Positions 22,390 to 33,235 of a DNA stretch of 64,000 nucleotides are shown in pieces (within the stretch, counting starts at the first letter, position 1; the number at the start of each line of letters is the position of its first letter). Under the pieces are notes generated by a model. It was not told the DNA's origin. It was given only the letters and a program-made list of their open reading frames with translations, and ran no database searches. The DNA is taken from the NCBI GenBank assembly GCA_963787255.1, contig CAWBCJ010000025.1:32001-96000 (forward strand). Direction: 5' to 3'. The position numbers were made by a program, and so were the translations under genes. Origin of the DNA: Methanobacteriota archaeon (GTDB taxonomy: Archaea; Methanobacteriota; Methanobacteria; Methanobacteriales; Methanobacteriaceae).

Positions 22390-24996
22390 ATCAAGCGACA
22401 CTCGTTGCTTGTAATGCTACTAATTTGTTTAATGGCAATGTCTACCATCGGCAGCTCATTCGCATTAACAAATAGTCAGCAAACAGCGGAAAACATCGTA
22501 AATCCCGCATTAGTTGATCAAAACACAGTAAACAGCCAAAACTCGACTGAAACTGTAAAAAGTAGCACAACAGAAACACAAAATCCAGTACAAAATACTG
22601 AGAGTACGACTCAAACAACAGAGAGTACAACAATTAAAAATAATACAACTCAAACTACAGATGATACAACCACTAATAAACAGGAAAACACACAAAACTC
22701 CGCTCCAACTGCAGATGTTAACAATCAAAATTCAGCAAACACATCTTCAACAAATACTGTAAATTCGAACATTCAAAATACAGTTAATACTCAAGAAGAA
22801 CCACAAGCTGCAGCAGGAGACAATTACACAAATATTAACGGTATCTGGCTAAAAGCCGAAGATGCAGGTAATATTACAGTTAGTGAACTTAAGAATGCAA
22901 ATATCACAGACATATTCGTAAAAACAAACTTAATTTCAGCCCCAACTTATCAAACTGTACTGGGAAGTATAATTACTAAATTCCAGAATTCAGGAATACG
23001 AATCCACGCATGGATTACATGCTTTAAAGATGCTAATGGTAACTGGATTGACCCAGCAAACACCACACAACGTACTTTATTGCTTAATTCAATCACAAAC
23101 ATTGTGAAAAATTATAATATAAATGGTATATTCCTGGATTATGTTAGATACTCTGGAGTTGGAAACAACGCAGCTTACAACACACCCAACGCAACAGCTA
23201 CAATAACATCATTTGTAAGTGATGTAAAAAAAGCAATACAAGCAAATAAACCAAAAACAGCCCTTTCAGCCGCTTTAATGCCCGAAGGAACAAACAATGC
23301 ATACTACTACGGACAAGACTATGGACAACTAGCAAACTATCTTGATTTCCTTGTTCCAATGATATATAAAGGAAATTATGGAAAAGATACAGCCTGGATC
23401 GGTACAACAACTAAATACATTGTTGATCATGCAGGTGGAAAACCAGTAATAGCAGGACTCCAAACATACATCTCAGACTACGACACAACAAAAATAAGTG
23501 CAAATGAACTAAACCAAGACATAAAATCAGCAACAAACAATGGAGCATCTGGATATGTATTATTCAGATATGGAATGATCAGTCAAGAATTTTTAAAGCC
23601 ACCAAGCTTTACTCTAAGTGAAATCAAGGATGCATCAGCAAGAATCAAAGCATACATAGAAACCAATAAAATAGTGCCAAGCTTTGTAACCATAGGTACT
23701 ACTCAAGTAAAAATGTCTGATTTCCTTAAATTAATGACAACCAGCTTACTACAGTTAAACAGCGGAAAAACTACCCCATTAACACTTAAAAATGTTAATG
23801 CTCCACAAGATTCCATAGAATCATATACAAGTGGAAACATCGACAAAGCAGGATACTTAGATATTGCAAACAGAATCAATGCATTTATTGATGCTAATGG
23901 TAAAGCACCAGGCTCTGCTACAACAACACTAGGAAAAATTTCCTATGAATCTTTAGTTTACATGTACGCAAAGATCCTGAACTTCAGTAACACAAACAAC
24001 GCACTACCAACCTATGTTTCAATGAATCCAACAATGAAAATCGCACCACCAAAAGTAAGCACACCTACAACAACCACATTCAGTTTGGATCAAATTAAAA
24101 AAGCAGCATCCAATGTCAAAACATACATTGAAACCAATAAAGCACTACCCAACTTTGTAACCGTAGGTACCGTACAAGTCAAAATGACTGACTTCTTAAG
24201 ATTAGTACTTATAGGTACAATTGAAGCAAAAGACGGTGTAAAAGCACCAGTATCACTTAAAACAGTAAAAGGACCAGCGACACCAAGTGAAAGCATTAAA
24301 AGCGGAACTATCAATCAAGCAGATTACATGGACCTTGCAAAAAGAGTCAAAGCATTCATAGATGCCAACGATGCAATACCAAATCATGCAACAACTACGC
24401 TAGGTGAAATCAAATTAGAATCTTTAATTTACATGTATTCAAAGATTCTTGGCTTCTACAACACAAACAACGCACTACCAACCTATGTTTCAATGAAACC
24501 ATGGAGCGAAGTCGCACCATCAGCAGCACCAGTACCAGCAGAACTACAGCAATACCTTGCAGCAACAGCGAACTGTCAGGTAAACAACGCACAAATCCAA
24601 GCACTTGCATACTCATTAACCAAAGGTAAAACATCAGCATACGATAAGGCAGTAGCAATTTTCAACTATGTTAGAGATAATATAGGATATTCCTTCTATT
24701 ACAACACCAAATATGGTGCAGTAGGAACTATAAATGCAGATACTGGTAACTGTGTAGATACAGCTCACCTCGTAATAGCTCTTTCTAGAGCAGCGGGATT
24801 ACCAGCAAAATACGTGCACGGTACTTGTCAGTTTACAAGCGGAAACTGGTACGGACACGTCTGGGCCCGAATATGGGTGGACGGTAAATGGTACGCAGCA
24901 GATGCAACAAGTTCTAGAAACACATTTGGTGTAGTAAATAACTGGAATACAGGGACTTACACATTAAGAGGCATATATACTTCATTACCGTTCTAA
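22390..24996 (+). CDS. Intact secreted protein: S/T/N/Q-rich stalk, GH-like TIM barrel, pseudomurein-binding repeats, transglutaminase-like Cys peptidase
   Basis: ORF 22405..24996, start probably at ATC 22390 by alignment with the paralog. GIFLDYVRY, MPEG, YGQDY, PMIYKGNY; YESLVYMY repeats; GNCVD, GHVW, WYAADA. Confidence 0.9.
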   Translation: MKRHSLLVMLLICLMAMSTIGSSFALTNSQQTAENIVNPALVDQNTVNSQNSTETVKSSTTETQNPVQNTESTTQTTESTTIKNNTTQTTDDTTTNKQENTQNSAPTADVNNQNSANTSSTNTVNSNIQNTVNTQEEPQAAAGDNYTNINGIWLKAEDAGNITVSELKNANITDIFVKTNLISAPTYQTVLGSIITKFQNSGIRIHAWITCFKDANGNWIDPANTTQRTLLLNSITNIVKNYNINGIFLDYVRYSGVGNNAAYNTPNATATITSFVSDVKKAIQANKPKTALSAALMPEGTNNAYYYGQDYGQLANYLDFLVPMIYKGNYGKDTAWIGTTTKYIVDHAGGKPVIAGLQTYISDYDTTKISANELNQDIKSATNNGASGYVLFRYGMISQEFLKPPSFTLSEIKDASARIKAYIETNKIVPSFVTIGTTQVKMSDFLKLMTTSLLQLNSGKTTPLTLKNVNAPQDSIESYTSGNIDKAGYLDIANRINAFIDANGKAPGSATTTLGKISYESLVYMYAKILNFSNTNNALPTYVSMNPTMKIAPPKVSTPTTTTFSLDQIKKAASNVKTYIETNKALPNFVTVGTVQVKMTDFLRLVLIGTIEAKDGVKAPVSLKTVKGPATPSESIKSGTINQADYMDLAKRVKAFIDANDAIPNHATTTLGEIKLESLIYMYSKILGFYNTNNALPTYVSMKPWSEVAPSAAPVPAELQQYLAATANCQVNNAQIQALAYSLTKGKTSAYDKAVAIFNYVRDNIGYSFYYNTKYGAVGTINADTGNCVDTAHLVIALSRAAGLPAKYVHGTCQFTSGNWYGHVWARIWVDGKWYAADATSSRNTFGVVNNWNTGTYTLRGIYTSLPF

Positions 24997-25033
24997 AGGT
25001 AGATAAGTATATAAACTTTTTTTTCTTTTTTTT
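24974..25033 (+). terminator. Stem-loop over the stop codon followed by a T-tract
   Basis: TATATACTT (24974) and AAGTATATA (25005) arms enclosing TACC/GGTA, then TTTTTTTTCTTTTTTT. Confidence 0.5.
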
Positions 25034-25063
25034 AGGATTATAATTATATATAAATTTGAATTA

Positions 25064-27178
25064 TTAAAAATCAGTATCTAATTCTTTATTTTGGAATTTA
25101 ATTATAAATTGTGTCCCATTATTTCTAGTAATTTCCATAGCACCTTCAAGCTGATTTACCAGCGCATTAACCAGCTTTAACCCAAGTGAATCTATATTTT
25201 CAATATCTATATTTGAGGGTAAGCCAATTCCATCGTCTTTAACCGACAAAATATAATTATTACCTCTTCTAGAAAATTTTACATTAATATTTCCTTTTTC
25301 ACTTTCATTAAAGGCATGTTTAATGATATTAGATATAAGTTCATTTATAATCAAACCGCAAGGAATTGCAGTGTTAATATCTAAATAAACATCCTCAACA
25401 TTAATGTTGGTTTTAATAAGCGTTTTATCCATATGATAGGAGCCTTCAAGTTGCTTCATTAAACTTTTAATGTAATCTTCAAAATTGATATTATCAAAGT
25501 TTTTAGACTGATATAATTGCTCATGAACCATTGCCATAGCTTTGATACGCCCCTGACTTTCATTTAAAACATTTAAAGTTTTTTCTTCGTCAATATGTCT
25601 TGATTGAAGGCTTAAAAGACTGGAAATTATCTGCATGTTATTTTTAACTCTGTGGTGGATTTCCTGCAAAAGAACATTTTTTTCCTCTAATGATTTCTTT
25701 ATTTTTTCTTCAGCTTCTTTTGTATCAGTTATATCTGTTATAAACCCTTCCAAAGCCATTAAATCGCCTTTTTTAGAGAAAATACCTCTTCCTTGCTCCC
25801 ATACATACTTTTCTTTTGAATCTGCCGTGTTTATTCTATAAACTAGTTTAAAAGCTTTATTTTCTTTTAAAGCTTCCTGAATACAGTCCCATACTTGTTC
25901 ACGATCATCTTGATGTATTATATCGCTATATGAAATTTTATTATTCATTATCAAGTCCTCAGGCATATATCCAGTTAGTTCCATGCAACCCTCACTTACA
26001 AATTCCATTGTCCATTTAGGATTATTAAGGCACTTGTAAGCAACCCCTGGTAAATTACTTATTAGAGTTTTTAAAGTCCTTTCTTTTTCTTTTAAGGCAA
26101 ATTCAGACTTTTTACGTTTATCAACATCCGTAATTATGATTAGCTGCCCACATAACTTGTTTTCATTACAGTATAACGGTGTTCTTTGAACTTCCACCCA
26201 TTTTTCCACGGGATTATTTAAAATAATTTCTTCCTTATTAGAATCTAGATCATAATAAAATGATTTAAATTCATCCCATTTACCGAATATATCCCTAAAA
26301 TTTCCCCCTACACTTTTTGAATCTGTTTTAAGCATCTTTTGGGCAGCAATATTTATTTCCAATAAATGATCATTTTTATCAAATATTAAAAATCCGTTAT
26401 TCATATTCTTAAAGAGTTTATTATATGCAACAGGTATTATATCCAGTAACTGAAACTTAAACACACCTAATGCAGCTAATAATCCAGTTATAGCAAATGC
26501 AAGGGGTGTTAAATCAACAGGGTTATCTGAAAGTCCAAATAAGTAGATTATATTGAAAACAAATGGAAAAGCAATGGCTATTAATAAAATTGTTAACTGT
26601 AATCTATATATTTTAGAAGAATTGATAAAGTGATATGCTAGCAGTACTATTCCTAGGGATAATAACGAATAAGCATAAAAAAGGTTGATCCAGACAGCTA
26701 ATCCATGATCATAGACCGGAATTACCAAACCACTGGTAAAAATTAGGTTAATATTTTCCCATATTAAACCGTTCCACTCATTTGTAAATGCTAAAAATGT
26801 AATGATAATAGGCAATATCATTAAAAAGATCACATATATGTTTTTTAATTGTTTTTCATTTCTTATGTAACTAATAACAAATAAAAATAAAAATGGGGCG
26901 ATAGTTGTAATTCCAATATAACTAATTTTAGCCCAAAAGATTTTTAATCCAATTTCAGGCGATATAAATTCCATTAAAGAACAAAATGACCATATTGCTA
27001 TGGAAAACATGGAAAGAATAAAATAGGTATGTAATCTGCTGGATCGCTTTTTTAGACCATATAACATTAGAAAAAATGCTATTAAGAACGTTGTTGTAAA
27101 TCCTGCAGCATAAAAAAAGTATGCTTCATTCATAGAATAACCCGCCAGTGTTTTACTAACATCACTAATAAATATCAT
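25064..27178 (-). CDS. 7TM (HisKA_7TM) + PAS sensor histidine kinase of the HisKA_2/HWE-like type
   Basis: 7 TM N-terminus ending DLTPLAF; PAS domains; [13 protein letters not shown]; INELISN; DDGIG; SLGLKLV. Confidence 0.92.
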   Translation of the reverse strand: MIFISDVSKTLAGYSMNEAYFFYAAGFTTTFLIAFFLMLYGLKKRSSRLHTYFILSMFSIAIWSFCSLMEFISPEIGLKIFWAKISYIGITTIAPFLFLFVISYIRNEKQLKNIYVIFLMILPIIITFLAFTNEWNGLIWENINLIFTSGLVIPVYDHGLAVWINLFYAYSLLSLGIVLLAYHFINSSKIYRLQLTILLIAIAFPFVFNIIYLFGLSDNPVDLTPLAFAITGLLAALGVFKFQLLDIIPVAYNKLFKNMNNGFLIFDKNDHLLEINIAAQKMLKTDSKSVGGNFRDIFGKWDEFKSFYYDLDSNKEEIILNNPVEKWVEVQRTPLYCNENKLCGQLIIITDVDKRKKSEFALKEKERTLKTLISNLPGVAYKCLNNPKWTMEFVSEGCMELTGYMPEDLIMNNKISYSDIIHQDDREQVWDCIQEALKENKAFKLVYRINTADSKEKYVWEQGRGIFSKKGDLMALEGFITDITDTKEAEEKIKKSLEEKNVLLQEIHHRVKNNMQIISSLLSLQSRHIDEEKTLNVLNESQGRIKAMAMVHEQLYQSKNFDNINFEDYIKSLMKQLEGSYHMDKTLIKTNINVEDVYLDINTAIPCGLIINELISNIIKHAFNESEKGNINVKFSRRGNNYILSVKDDGIGLPSNIDIENIDSLGLKLVNALVNQLEGAMEITRNNGTQFIIKFQNKELDTDF

Positions 27179-27217
27179 TGCTGTTATTAATTATTATCTA
27201 TTATCATAAAAATTAAG

Positions 27218-27679
27218 CTATTTTAAACATTTTTTAAATATTTTTTCATCAAATTCCATATTCTTAATCTTATATATTATTTTACATGAACTATCAAGGG
27301 GCGAATTTTTGTATTCAGTAACCTTGATAACGTCTGCATCAATATTTCTTATTTTAAGGTCTGCCTTAAGCTTAGGAATGTCAAATTTTTGATCGGGACC
27401 AATTGCAATTATATCAGGATTTATTTCTTTAACGATCTGGAACATATCTCCTTCATATCCTAAATAAGCTTCATTTACAGGTTTTAACATCTTCACAACT
27501 TCAAGACGCTGTTTTTCATTTATTACGGGAACTCTTTTTCTAGCTTTTACTGTGGAATCTCTTGCAATCACTACGATAAGTCTTGCATCTTCTCCACCGA
27601 GTTTTTTTGCCTCTTCAAGATATAATCCATGCCCGGGATGTATAATGTCAAATGTTCCTGTAGCCATCACTGTTTTCAT
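27218..27679 (-). CDS. ribL: Archaeal FAD synthase (cytidylyltransferase fold)
   Basis: [25 protein letters not shown]. Confidence 0.85.
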   Translation of the reverse strand: MKTVMATGTFDIIHPGHGLYLEEAKKLGGEDARLIVVIARDSTVKARKRVPVINEKQRLEVVKMLKPVNEAYLGYEGDMFQIVKEINPDIIAIGPDQKFDIPKLKADLKIRNIDADVIKVTEYKNSPLDSSCKIIYKIKNMEFDEKIFKKCLK

Positions 27680-27822
27680 TTGTTCACCTTGTTTTAAAAA
27701 TATAATAAAATAGAAAAAATGGATTAAACTATTTAGTTTACTATTATTTATCTGTGTATTATGATTCTCTTTTTTTATAAAAGTAAATATATTTCTTTAA
27801 TAAATTAGATAAAAGTATTATT

Positions 27823-29062
27823 ATGAAATTGTTGAAGGGAATTGGAACCAGTTCTTACATCGGTGTGGGAAAAGTTAGAAAAATAGAAAATGATGAGGAT
27901 ATTTTTAAAATTAAAGAAGGAGAAATAGTAGTAGTTTCCAGAGGCATCAAGAGACATGCTTTTACACCTTCAAAAGGCGGGCGGTGTTGTAACAGATTAT
28001 GGGGGAATAACAAGCCATGTAGCTATTGTACTTAGGGAATTAAGAGTTCCCTGTATTGTTGGAACCCTAAATGGAACGGAAGTTCTAGAAAACGGTATGA
28101 TTGTCACTGTTGATGGAAGAACAGGTAATGTTTATCTGGGATTCATGGAATTTGAAGGTGAAAAAGAGCTTTTGGAAGTATACAATCCTGCAACAAAAAT
28201 AAAAGTGAATTTGAACGTTCCTGAAATTGCAGAAAGTGCAGAACCATTTTCTGACGGTGTTGGATCAATAAGAATTGAAAACATGATTGTAAGGACATTG
28301 AAACACCCTGATTTACTTTTAAAGGAAGAAATATTAACTGATACTATATCTGACGGCGTAAGAAAAATTGCAGACGCGTTTTACCCAAAACCTGTCTGGT
28401 TTAGAACATTTGATATACCTACAGATGAGCTAAAACGTTTAAAAGGGAGTGATGCTGAACCTTATGAGTCCAATCCTCTTTTGGGGCTTAGAGGAATACA
28501 TAAAGATTTGAAAAATATATCTATATTAAAAGCAGAATTCAAGGCAGTTAAATATCTTATAGAAGAGGGATATGATAATTTAGGCATTAAAATTCCATTT
28601 TCAAGAGATATTTGCGAATACATTTTATTTAAGAAAATTTTAAGGGAATGCGGATTAAAACCACATAAAGACATCGACATTGGTGTTTCTGTAGAAACTC
28701 CTTCAGTGGTTCTTACTTTTGATGAGTTTATAAAGGAAGGAATGGATTTCATGACTCTGGGAATGAGTGATCTGGCCATGTGCGCTTTAGCAATAGATAG
28801 AAGGAGTGTTAAGGTGGCTAAACATTTTAACTTATCACATCCTGCAGTTTTAAGGATGGCCGAGATTGTAATTAGAAAATGCAATCAAAATGGGATAGAA
28901 AGTTGTATCTGCGGACATGCCGGTGGAGATCCAGAAATAGTAAAAAAACTGGTTGAAATGGGAATAAGCTGTATTTCAACAAATCCCGATCAGATATTAA
29001 AAATACGAAAAACAGTTTATAATACAGAAGATAAGATCATAATGGATGGATTTACCCGTTAA
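27823..29062 (+). CDS. PEP-utilising enzyme (phosphohistidine swivel + PEP/pyruvate-binding barrel, no nucleotide-binding domain); frameshift near 27942
   Basis: ORFs 27823-28035 and 27956-29062. GGITSHVAIVLREL, VTVDG, ESNPLLGLRG, VETPS, ICG. Confidence 0.85.
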
Positions 29063-29188
29063 TATAGTAATCAATATCTTTTAAAAGATAAAAGGAATTT
29101 TAATATTATTATTTGTTTATAAATGAGAAAATTATATTCAATTATTTATTTTTAGGTAAAGGCTTTCAAAATTTCATTATAATGGCTC

Positions 29189-29938
29189 TCATTCGTATTT
29201 AAGGGCTTCTTCAAAACTTATCTTGCCTTTATATAACGCTGAACCTACTACAACTCCTGCAGCGTCTGTTTCACTGACTTTTTTAATATCTTCAATTGAA
29301 GTAATTCCTCCCGAATAAATAACAGGTATATCTACTGCATTTAATAATTCAAGAAGCGGATCAACGTCAAATCCTTTTAAAAGACCTTCATAATCAACAT
29401 TTGTAAATAATATGCCTCCAGCTCCATGTTCTTCAAATATTTTTCCATATTCCGGTGCACTTTTAGACGTTTTTTCAGTCCATCCTTTTACAACTACCAT
29501 AGAATCTTTACTATCTAGTGCAACAATGATACGTTCACTTCCAAACTCACTTGACAGTTCTTGGACAATTTCAGGGCTTTCTATGGCTATAGTGCCTAAA
29601 ATCACTTTATGAACACCCATTTCAAGTAATCTTACAGCATCTTCTTTTGTTCTTATGCCTCCCCCCATCTGCACAGGAACAGTTACTTGGCTGATTATTT
29701 TCTTTATTACCTCTACATTCTTTTTATTATCTCCAAATGCCCCATCCAAGTCAATTACGTGTAATATGCGCGCACCCCGATTTTCCCAATCCATTGCAAC
29801 TTCATGAGGATTTTCAATAACAACCTGCTCGGTACCAGGCTCCCCTTGAACTAACTGAACGCATTTACCGTTTTTAATATCGACTGCAGGAATAATTAAT
29901 GTAGATAAATTTGAATGTGGATTTTTAATGCTTGTCAT
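29189..29938 (-). CDS. hisA: ProFAR isomerase
   Basis: [42 protein letters not shown]. Confidence 0.96.
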   Translation of the reverse strand: MTSIKNPHSNLSTLIIPAVDIKNGKCVQLVQGEPGTEQVVIENPHEVAMDWENRGARILHVIDLDGAFGDNKKNVEVIKKIISQVTVPVQMGGGIRTKEDAVRLLEMGVHKVILGTIAIESPEIVQELSSEFGSERIIVALDSKDSMVVVKGWTEKTSKSAPEYGKIFEEHGAGGILFTNVDYEGLLKGFDVDPLLELLNAVDIPVIYSGGITSIEDIKKVSETDAAGVVVGSALYKGKISFEEALKYE

Positions 29939-30048
29939 GATACCATTCCATTAATACCTTTTTATAATATATAATAGTGGTTTTTATCCAAAATATAAAT
30001 ATATCATTATGAAATAATCTAAAAAAAAATTTTATAAAAAAAAGTATA

Positions 30049-30477
30049 TTATGGTAATTTTAACATATTGAACCAGTAATCTTCAAGATTTTTCATAGTT
30101 TCAATAAAACGACCAACATTAGCGGGCTTAACTATATAAGAGTTAGCATGATGAGCATAAGTTTCGTGGATATCCTCTTCAGTGCTTGAAGTAGTTAAAA
30201 TAACTACAGGGATGTGTTTTAAATCATTGTCATTTTTAATTTCTTTTAGAACTTCCCTTCCATCTTTACGGGGTAAATTTAAGTCAAGTAAAATTAGATC
30301 AGGAACAGGAACATCTTTATAATTTTCCCCATGTTTTAAAAATTCCATGGCATCTACACCGTCTTTAACTACATTTAGTTCTGTATTTATTTCTGATTCT
30401 TTAAAAGCCTCTTCTACTAAACGGATATCAGCCGGATTATCTTCTATAAGCAAAATTATAAATGTTCTAACTAACAT
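30049..30477 (-). CDS. Stand-alone response regulator (Rcp1-like receiver)
   Basis: LLIEDNPAD, DLILLDLNLP, ILTTS, ANSYIVKP, DYWF. Confidence 0.93.
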   Translation of the reverse strand: MLVRTFIILLIEDNPADIRLVEEAFKESEINTELNVVKDGVDAMEFLKHGENYKDVPVPDLILLDLNLPRKDGREVLKEIKNDNDLKHIPVVILTTSSTEEDIHETYAHHANSYIVKPANVGRFIETMKNLEDYWFNMLKLP

Positions 30478-30569
30478 GATTCTATTTTATATATTTATCA
30501 ATTATTAGTTAATAAATCTTTTATTCAAAAAAAATATATATAATCGTTTAAAAAAAATCCAATAAGACT

Positions 30570-30692
30570 TATGATTTTCCATCTCTTCGGTATTTATATC
30601 CAAAATAGTTCAAGCATTGATGGATTAAAATCCTGAAATTTGTAGTCAATGAGGGTAAATAGATTGCATCAGTTAATTCTTCAAATATTAAT
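30570..30692 (-). pseudogene. PAS-domain gene remnant
   Basis: The minus strand reads across frameshifts LIFEELTDAIY / KFQDFNPSMLELF / GY / TEEMEN, a typical PAS N-terminal pattern. Confidence 0.5.
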
Positions 30693-30852
30693 ATCCATAT
30701 TTTTTAAAAAATAATAATTAAATGTCAGATTAATTACTGATATTAGTATAATATTTTAAAATAAGGAATCATAAATCTTAATCAATATAAAAAAAATTCA
30801 TGCGTTAAACTTTTCAAGGCTTTGTTTTTTCCTTTGAAGTGGAAATTGCTTT

Positions 30853-31071
30853 TTATTTACTATTTTTCAATGCAATTTTACTGGTAACCATGGTTTTAGC
30901 AGATAAGAGATATCTGTCTTTTCCATCATTTTTTTCAATCTTTAATTCTATTTTTTGAAGTAAAGACTCTAAATCTTCAACTTTGCAATTGTTTATTTCG
31001 TCTATTAAATCATCATATAAATTATCATTTTTCTTACTTTTTTGAGTATTTTGGTTTCTAAACAATCCCAT
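30853..31071 (-). CDS. Small hypothetical protein
   Basis: 72-aa ORF with GAGGT RBS upstream; charged helical composition. Confidence 0.7.
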   Translation of the reverse strand: MGLFRNQNTQKSKKNDNLYDDLIDEINNCKVEDLESLLQKIELKIEKNDGKDRYLLSAKTMVTSKIALKNSK

Positions 31072-31378
31072 TTAATTCATACCTCTAAAATTTTTTTACT
31101 ATACCCTATATTATACCATTAAGTATTTAGTTTTTTTTATTGCAGTACATAATTATTTTTTAATTAGATAATAGCAAAATATTTACAATTAAATCAAAAA
31201 AATACGGAATTTCCAAATCTTTATTTTTTTTATAATAATACATTTCTTGTTTAATGAAATTTAATAAAAAACATTATAATGTACAATATATTTTTATCAT
31301 TTTATCATCATAATATAAAATCAGAAAAAGTCATCTTCTTTTAAGAAGATATTATCTATCAATCTGTGAGGGAAAAAT

Positions 31379-31798
31379 ATGAAATCTTTAGAAATAACTG
31401 GAAATATGGATTCTAGAAGAAAATTACTAATGAGTTTATTTTGGACCAACAGGAAAAGTGTAAGAACTGAGGGCTGTTCACCCTTTTTAATAGAAAAGAT
31501 AACTACAGATGATAACACTTACACTGCAAAAAAAGATGAATTCCTTAAATTATCTGGTGATATTCTAGACGAAGTTTTAAGTAAAATAGAAAATAAAAAA
31601 TCAGTAGAATTCCAAATAAAACTTGGAGAAGAAGATATTAAGGCTTCTTTTAAAGATAACGTATTTTCTGTAGAAACAACTAAAACTAAAGAATTAGAAG
31701 ATGAAATAATTGAAAAATTGAAGCAGGAAGAAAAAAGAAAATATCCAAACATCTGCTTTTCCTTCCCCCCAAGAGTGGGAATTCGTAAATATCCTTAA
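31379..31798 (+). CDS. Conserved hypothetical protein
   Basis: 139-aa ORF, GAGGG RBS, host-like codon use; LFWTNRKSVRTEGCSPF motif. Confidence 0.75.
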   Translation: MKSLEITGNMDSRRKLLMSLFWTNRKSVRTEGCSPFLIEKITTDDNTYTAKKDEFLKLSGDILDEVLSKIENKKSVEFQIKLGEEDIKASFKDNVFSVETTKTKELEDEIIEKLKQEEKRKYPNICFSFPPRVGIRKYP

Positions 31799-31915
31799 AA
31801 TACTACTCTATTTCTTTTTTTATATAAAGATCAAATTCAATAAATTCCTAAGTAGCGGCAAAACATATCTATTAATAACTATTTATATCCAGAACCATTT
31901 CAGGTGAACAGTAAA

Positions 31916-32722
31916 ATGAGAAAAGTGGCTTTAAAAATAGCTTACATAGGAACAGATTTTCACGGATTTCAAAGACAACCCCACCATAAAACCGTAGAAG
32001 GCGAGCTAATATCGGCATTACAGGCATCTGGCTTAATAAATGATTTAAAGGACTGTGGATATGCAATTGCCGGTAGAACTGATAAGGGTGTCCATGCTCT
32101 AGGAAATGTTATTTCTTTTAGAACAGAAGAAGAGGTAAAGATTAATCATATTAACGATTTACTGCCTAATAGTATACGTATTTTAGCATTAGCCGGAGTT
32201 CCATTTGGATTCAAACCAAGATATGCAAAAAACAGACATTACAGGTACGTAATTGCTAATGGAACAGATTTAGATTTAAAAAAAATCAAATTAGCTTCAG
32301 AAATGATTCATGGTACTCATGATTTCTCTAATTTCTCAAAAAGAAGCGAAAGGAATCCTTTAAGAACTGTAGAAAGCATAGAAACCTTCGTAGAGGGGGA
32401 TGTTTTAATAATTGATGTTATAGGGGAGAGCTTTCTGTGGAATATGGTCAGAAAAATTGCTACAGCCTTATTTATGGTAGGATCAAATCAATTAGAGATT
32501 GATGAGATTAAAAAATTCTTAAATCCTTCAATTCATGCTGCAATTGCCCCTATGGCTCCAGAAGGCCTTATTCTTGTAGATACTATCTACGAAGGAATTA
32601 AATTTAAATACGATGAATATGCTAGGAAAAAGTTCTTATCAATTATGGAGGAGGAATACTTATATAACCAGACAATTGCGGCTGCAAAAAAAGCAATGAT
32701 TAATAATTTAAGCTTTTTTTGA
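31916..32722 (+). CDS. truA: tRNA pseudouridine(38-40) synthase
   Basis: YIGTDFHGFQRQP, AGRTDKGVHA, GTHDFSNF, SFLWNMVR; ATG 31916 follows AGGTGA. Confidence 0.95.
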   Translation: MRKVALKIAYIGTDFHGFQRQPHHKTVEGELISALQASGLINDLKDCGYAIAGRTDKGVHALGNVISFRTEEEVKINHINDLLPNSIRILALAGVPFGFKPRYAKNRHYRYVIANGTDLDLKKIKLASEMIHGTHDFSNFSKRSERNPLRTVESIETFVEGDVLIIDVIGESFLWNMVRKIATALFMVGSNQLEIDEIKKFLNPSIHAAIAPMAPEGLILVDTIYEGIKFKYDEYARKKFLSIMEEEYLYNQTIAAAKKAMINNLSFF

Positions 32723-33235
32723 TTATATAAATAATCAAATTTCTAAATATTACCAGTTATGGACTATATATGATTTAACAGCCTTTTTGATCATCTAAAT
32801 GATTATATTTACAAATTTTATTGTATAAAATTCCTTTTTTTTGTGATTAAAATAGTTTCTATTTCTATATTTGTTTGGTCACTTTATAGTTAAGTTATTA
32901 CTTGTAAATATATTTTTTCAAAATTTCTTTATAATCTAAAACCAATAATATAACGTTATAACATTATAACTAACCGTAATAACATTTTTTAATGGTTTTA
33001 TTTATTTAATTTATTTTCTTTTCTTTAATGGACATTAATATTAAATTATATGATGCAAAATTTAATTTATTAACGGTTTTTTTTATCATTAGAATAAGAT
33101 TAGAAAATAAGAAATTATATTAGCCTTTTAACTTAAAAAAGGAACATTTGCTTTTTAATTCTTTTTACGATAAATATTTAAGTGTTTGCAACCAAATAAT
33201 AATAATATTGCATACAATAATAAAAAGGTGATAAT

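Noticed and set aside
18582-24996. Prophage lysis module (PeiW/PeiP-like)
   Set aside because: The proteins have signal peptides and host-type promoters, and no capsid, terminase or integrase genes occur in the window.
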